Positions 60,990 through 64,000 of a stretch of 64,000 nt of DNA are shown one piece after another. The position numbers and the translations under genes are program-made. The stretch lies in contig NC_086097.1 of the NCBI RefSeq assembly GCF_963921235.1, positions 118,732,001 to 118,796,000 on the forward strand, read 5' to 3'. The number at the start of each line of letters is the position of its first letter. The first letter of the stretch is position 1. This stretch comes from Mobula hypostoma (Eukaryota). The notes under the pieces are model-generated. The model made no database searches, was not told the DNA's origin, and was given only the letters and a program-made list of their open reading frames with translations.

Positions 60990-61333
60990 AAGGCCATAGG
61001 ACAATGATACACTGGAGCAAAGTTAGGCTATTCACCCAATTAATCTGCTCTGCCATTCCAGCATGACTGATTTATTATCCCTCTCAACCTCATTCTCCTG
61101 CCTTCTCCCTGTAACCTTTGACATTCTTACTAATCAAGAACCTATGAATCTCTGCTTTAAATATACCGAATGACTTGGCCTCCGCAGCAGTCTGTGGCAA
61201 TGAATTCCACAGATTCACCACCCTCTGGCTAAAGAAATTTCTCCTCATCTCTGTTCTAAAGTGTTTTCCTTCTATTATGGGGCTGTGCCCTTTGTTCATA
61301 GACTTCCTCACTGTAGGAAACATCCTTTCCACT
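60990..61333 (-). mobile_element. CR1 3' end
   Basis: ORF 61090-61419 (FRTEMRRNFFSQRVVNLWNSLP). Confidence 0.9.
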
Positions 61334-61511
61334 GAAAGCTGGAATGTATTATGTTTGGGCATTGTGCAATTTCGCTGAGGACTGATTTCCCAGGAGTGAT
61401 ATACTCTTGGTAAATTCAAAATTAGATAACTGATCTTAAAAAAAATCAGACACTATGCAATCACATTTCGAGGCTCACTTGTTTTCTCTGCTATCACTAT
61501 CAGTTGCAAAG

Positions 61512-61952
61512 GATTGAATGAAATCGACTTCGTTACTTACATCCTTCATATACATGAGGAGTAAAAATCTTTACGTTATGTCTCCATCTAATTGTGCAAT
61601 GTGCAATTTATAGAAATTTATAATAAATAGTATGTACAACAGGACAGTCAATATAACATAGAAATACAATTCTAGCAGCGTGAATTAATCAGTCTGATGG
61701 CCTGGTGGAAGAAGCTGTCCCGGAGCCTGTTGGTCCTGGCTTTTATGCTTTCTTATTTTTTCCCAGATGATAGCAGCTGGAACAGTTTGCAGTTGGGGTG
61801 ATTCAGGTTCCCAATGATCCTTCGAGCCCTTTTTACACACCTGTCATTCTAAACACCCTGAATAGTGGGAAGTTCTCATCTACAGATGCGCTGGGCTGTC
61901 TGCACCACTCTCTGCAGAGTCCTGCGATTAACGGAATTACAGTTCCGATGCC
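61512..61952 (-). mobile_element. Rex1/Babar-type 3' end, same family as 8452-9168
   Basis: WHRNCNSVNRRTLQRVVQTAQRIC, with the same 3' UTR (GAGACATAACGTAAAGATTTTTA). Confidence 0.88.
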
Positions 61953-63219
61953 AGGTAGTAGGTGAGGCCGTTGTATGAACCTGTGAAGCATATGAGGAAT
62001 GTTTGACAAGGTATAGAATATATCCTGTAGTAGGCAATTGAAGTAAACACAAAGCCAATTTCAAGCAATGTGATTGAAAAATCTTAAGTGAGCCAAGTTC
62101 TTGATTCAGTTCCAAGCAACATCCTTTGTAGGAATTGCATTAGACTAGAAAAATTGAGAATCAGGGAGACATGCTTATCCTAAATTATAATAGCCAGGTA
62201 AATGGGCTGAAGTTTGGCAAATGGCTTTCAATTTGTTTAAGTGGGGTGTGTTGAATTTTGGAAAGTCAGAACAGATAGGGCTTAGGAGGACAAGTACATA
62301 GTTCATTGATGTGGTATAGATGATAGACAGGGAGGTGAAGAAGGTATTTTGGCATGCTGGCTTTCATCAGGCAATGCAACAAATAAAGGAGTTCAGACGT
62401 TACGTTGCAATTGTACTTTATTTCCACTGTTTTCCTCCTCATTTTAGCAGACTCATTTCAATAATTAAAATGAAATCTTTATTCTTCAAGATGATTTTGC
62501 ATAAGTAGCAAATATTGCAAATAATATTACAACAGTTAATAATAAATAAATAAGTTAAAAATGTGTATGTCCAAATGACATCCATGCAAGGCTCTGTTAG
62601 AAATGGGAGTTCATTGAAGAAGACGACTGTTTCCGCAGACTGAATAAATTCTAACACAGACATATTTAGGTAGAAAACTGTAATTATCCAAGGAATTTGT
62701 TTATATTGAGTAATAGGGTAGATGCTTTAAAAAAAATCATTTAAGATGACCAGTTGAATAAATGAAACATAGCAGGGAAATTACAATTTCAAGAAATTAA
62801 ATGTGAGTCTTACTAAACTGATATAATAGATGGGAGAACTTCATGAATGAAAGCAGTCCAACAGAGATGGGCATTATGATTTTCAGAACGCCTTCCATAA
62901 GGCACCTCACAAGAGAGTACTCTACAAAAAAGGACCTTGCAGAATTAATGATGGCCTGCTGCAGATTAAAACTTTGCAGAATTCCCTTTGGAAAAGTGTT
63001 TTATCATTGGAATATGATCAATTCGTACTGGACCTTTATTTTCTGGATGATTCTGAGCTTGTGCTGCAAATGAAATGAAAATCCCCAAATATCAATGTTG
63101 TTATCTGTATTAGTTTTGATCAGCGATGTCTTTATTTTCCCTCTATTATCTTTTTCTTTGACTGTTTTGTTCATTGAAAACTGTTGTTTTCAGGTCCTTT
63201 GTTTTAGTTGGAAGCATTA

Positions 63220-64000
63220 AGATAAGATCAGATAAAATAAAACTTTATTATTTCAAAGGAAATTATTGTTGCAAGGTTGTTCAGTCAGAAATATATACTT
63301 TAAAATACAAAATGTAAGCATTGAGGTATGAAAAAATACAAAATGTGCATAAAAATAATAGTGTAAAATAAAAATGTGCAATGAAACCATAGACTTATAT
63401 ATATAAGGAGGAGGCATTGTAGTGTCTTACATCCACAGGGAGAAGGATCTCCTGTGGCATTAAAGGTGCTCCTCTGTTTGCCCAGTATGTCATTGTCCGT
63501 AATGCACCTTAGCTTCTGCATCCTCCTCTCAGACACAACCACCAGGGAATACAGTTCCACCCCCAGATCAGAACCAGCCTTCCTGACGAGCTTACCGACC
63601 TCCCTGGCATCAGCTGCTCTCACCCTGCTGCCCCACAGACTACAGCGTAGAATAGAATGCTGGCCACCGCTGAGTCATAGAACATCTGTAGCACAGTACT
63701 GCAGACGTTGAATCACTGGAGCCTTCTTGGGAAGTACAGTCGGCTCTGCCCCTTCTTGTACAGAGCCCCTGTAATTTTAGTCCAGTCCAGTTTATTGTCC
63801 AGGTGAGATCCCAGGTATTTGTAGTCCCAGACGACTTCCACATCCGATCCCCTGATGGAGATAGGAATGCAGGGTGTTTTCACTTCCCTGAAGTCCACCA
63901 CCAACTCCTTTGTCTTAGTGATGTTGAGTTACTGGTGATTCAGCCCACACTACTTAATTAAAGTTGTCCACTACTCTTCTGTACTCAGTTCCTTGACTCC
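63220..64000 (-). mobile_element. Rex1/Babar-type LINE 3' part, running off the window
   Basis: ORF 63713-63904 (VVDFR..YKYLGSHLDNKLDW..KKGQSRLYF), ORF 63300-63623, and a (TTATC)n tail. Confidence 0.9.

Overview
This is eukaryotic, repeat-dense DNA, intronic or intergenic, and not prokaryotic. The repeat mix (CR1, Rex1/Babar, RTE, Penelope-like elements, V-SINE-like SINEs, Tc1 MITEs) is what I associate with cartilaginous fish, probably a ray; that taxon call is inference. I recognise no intact host protein-coding gene, rRNA, tRNA or CRISPR array. Almost all listed ORFs are broken transposon ORFs, their antisense or alternative frames, or translated tandem repeats. Main points: (1) about ten Penelope terminal segments carry a minimal type I hammerhead ribozyme motif, with intact cores at 22955-22990 (-) and 52663-52698 (+); several occur as short fold-back or TSD-flanked units. 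(2) An LTR element at 43568-47247 has a class III (ERV-L/ERV-S-like) gag, a Ser-like PBS and no visible pol or env, i.e. a MaLR-like layout. (3) There is a clean 869-bp solo LTR and a decayed sushi-type Gypsy element. (4) Two different hAT elements inserted at the same CTCTAGAG site of a Tc1 MITE. (5) Two compact, highly structured RTE-like non-autonomous elements. (6) Tandem repeats with 46-bp, 33-bp and ~155-bp units. (7) One low-confidence 27-nt microexon candidate. Family names come from motif recognition by eye; no database search was run, and boundaries of old elements are approximate.
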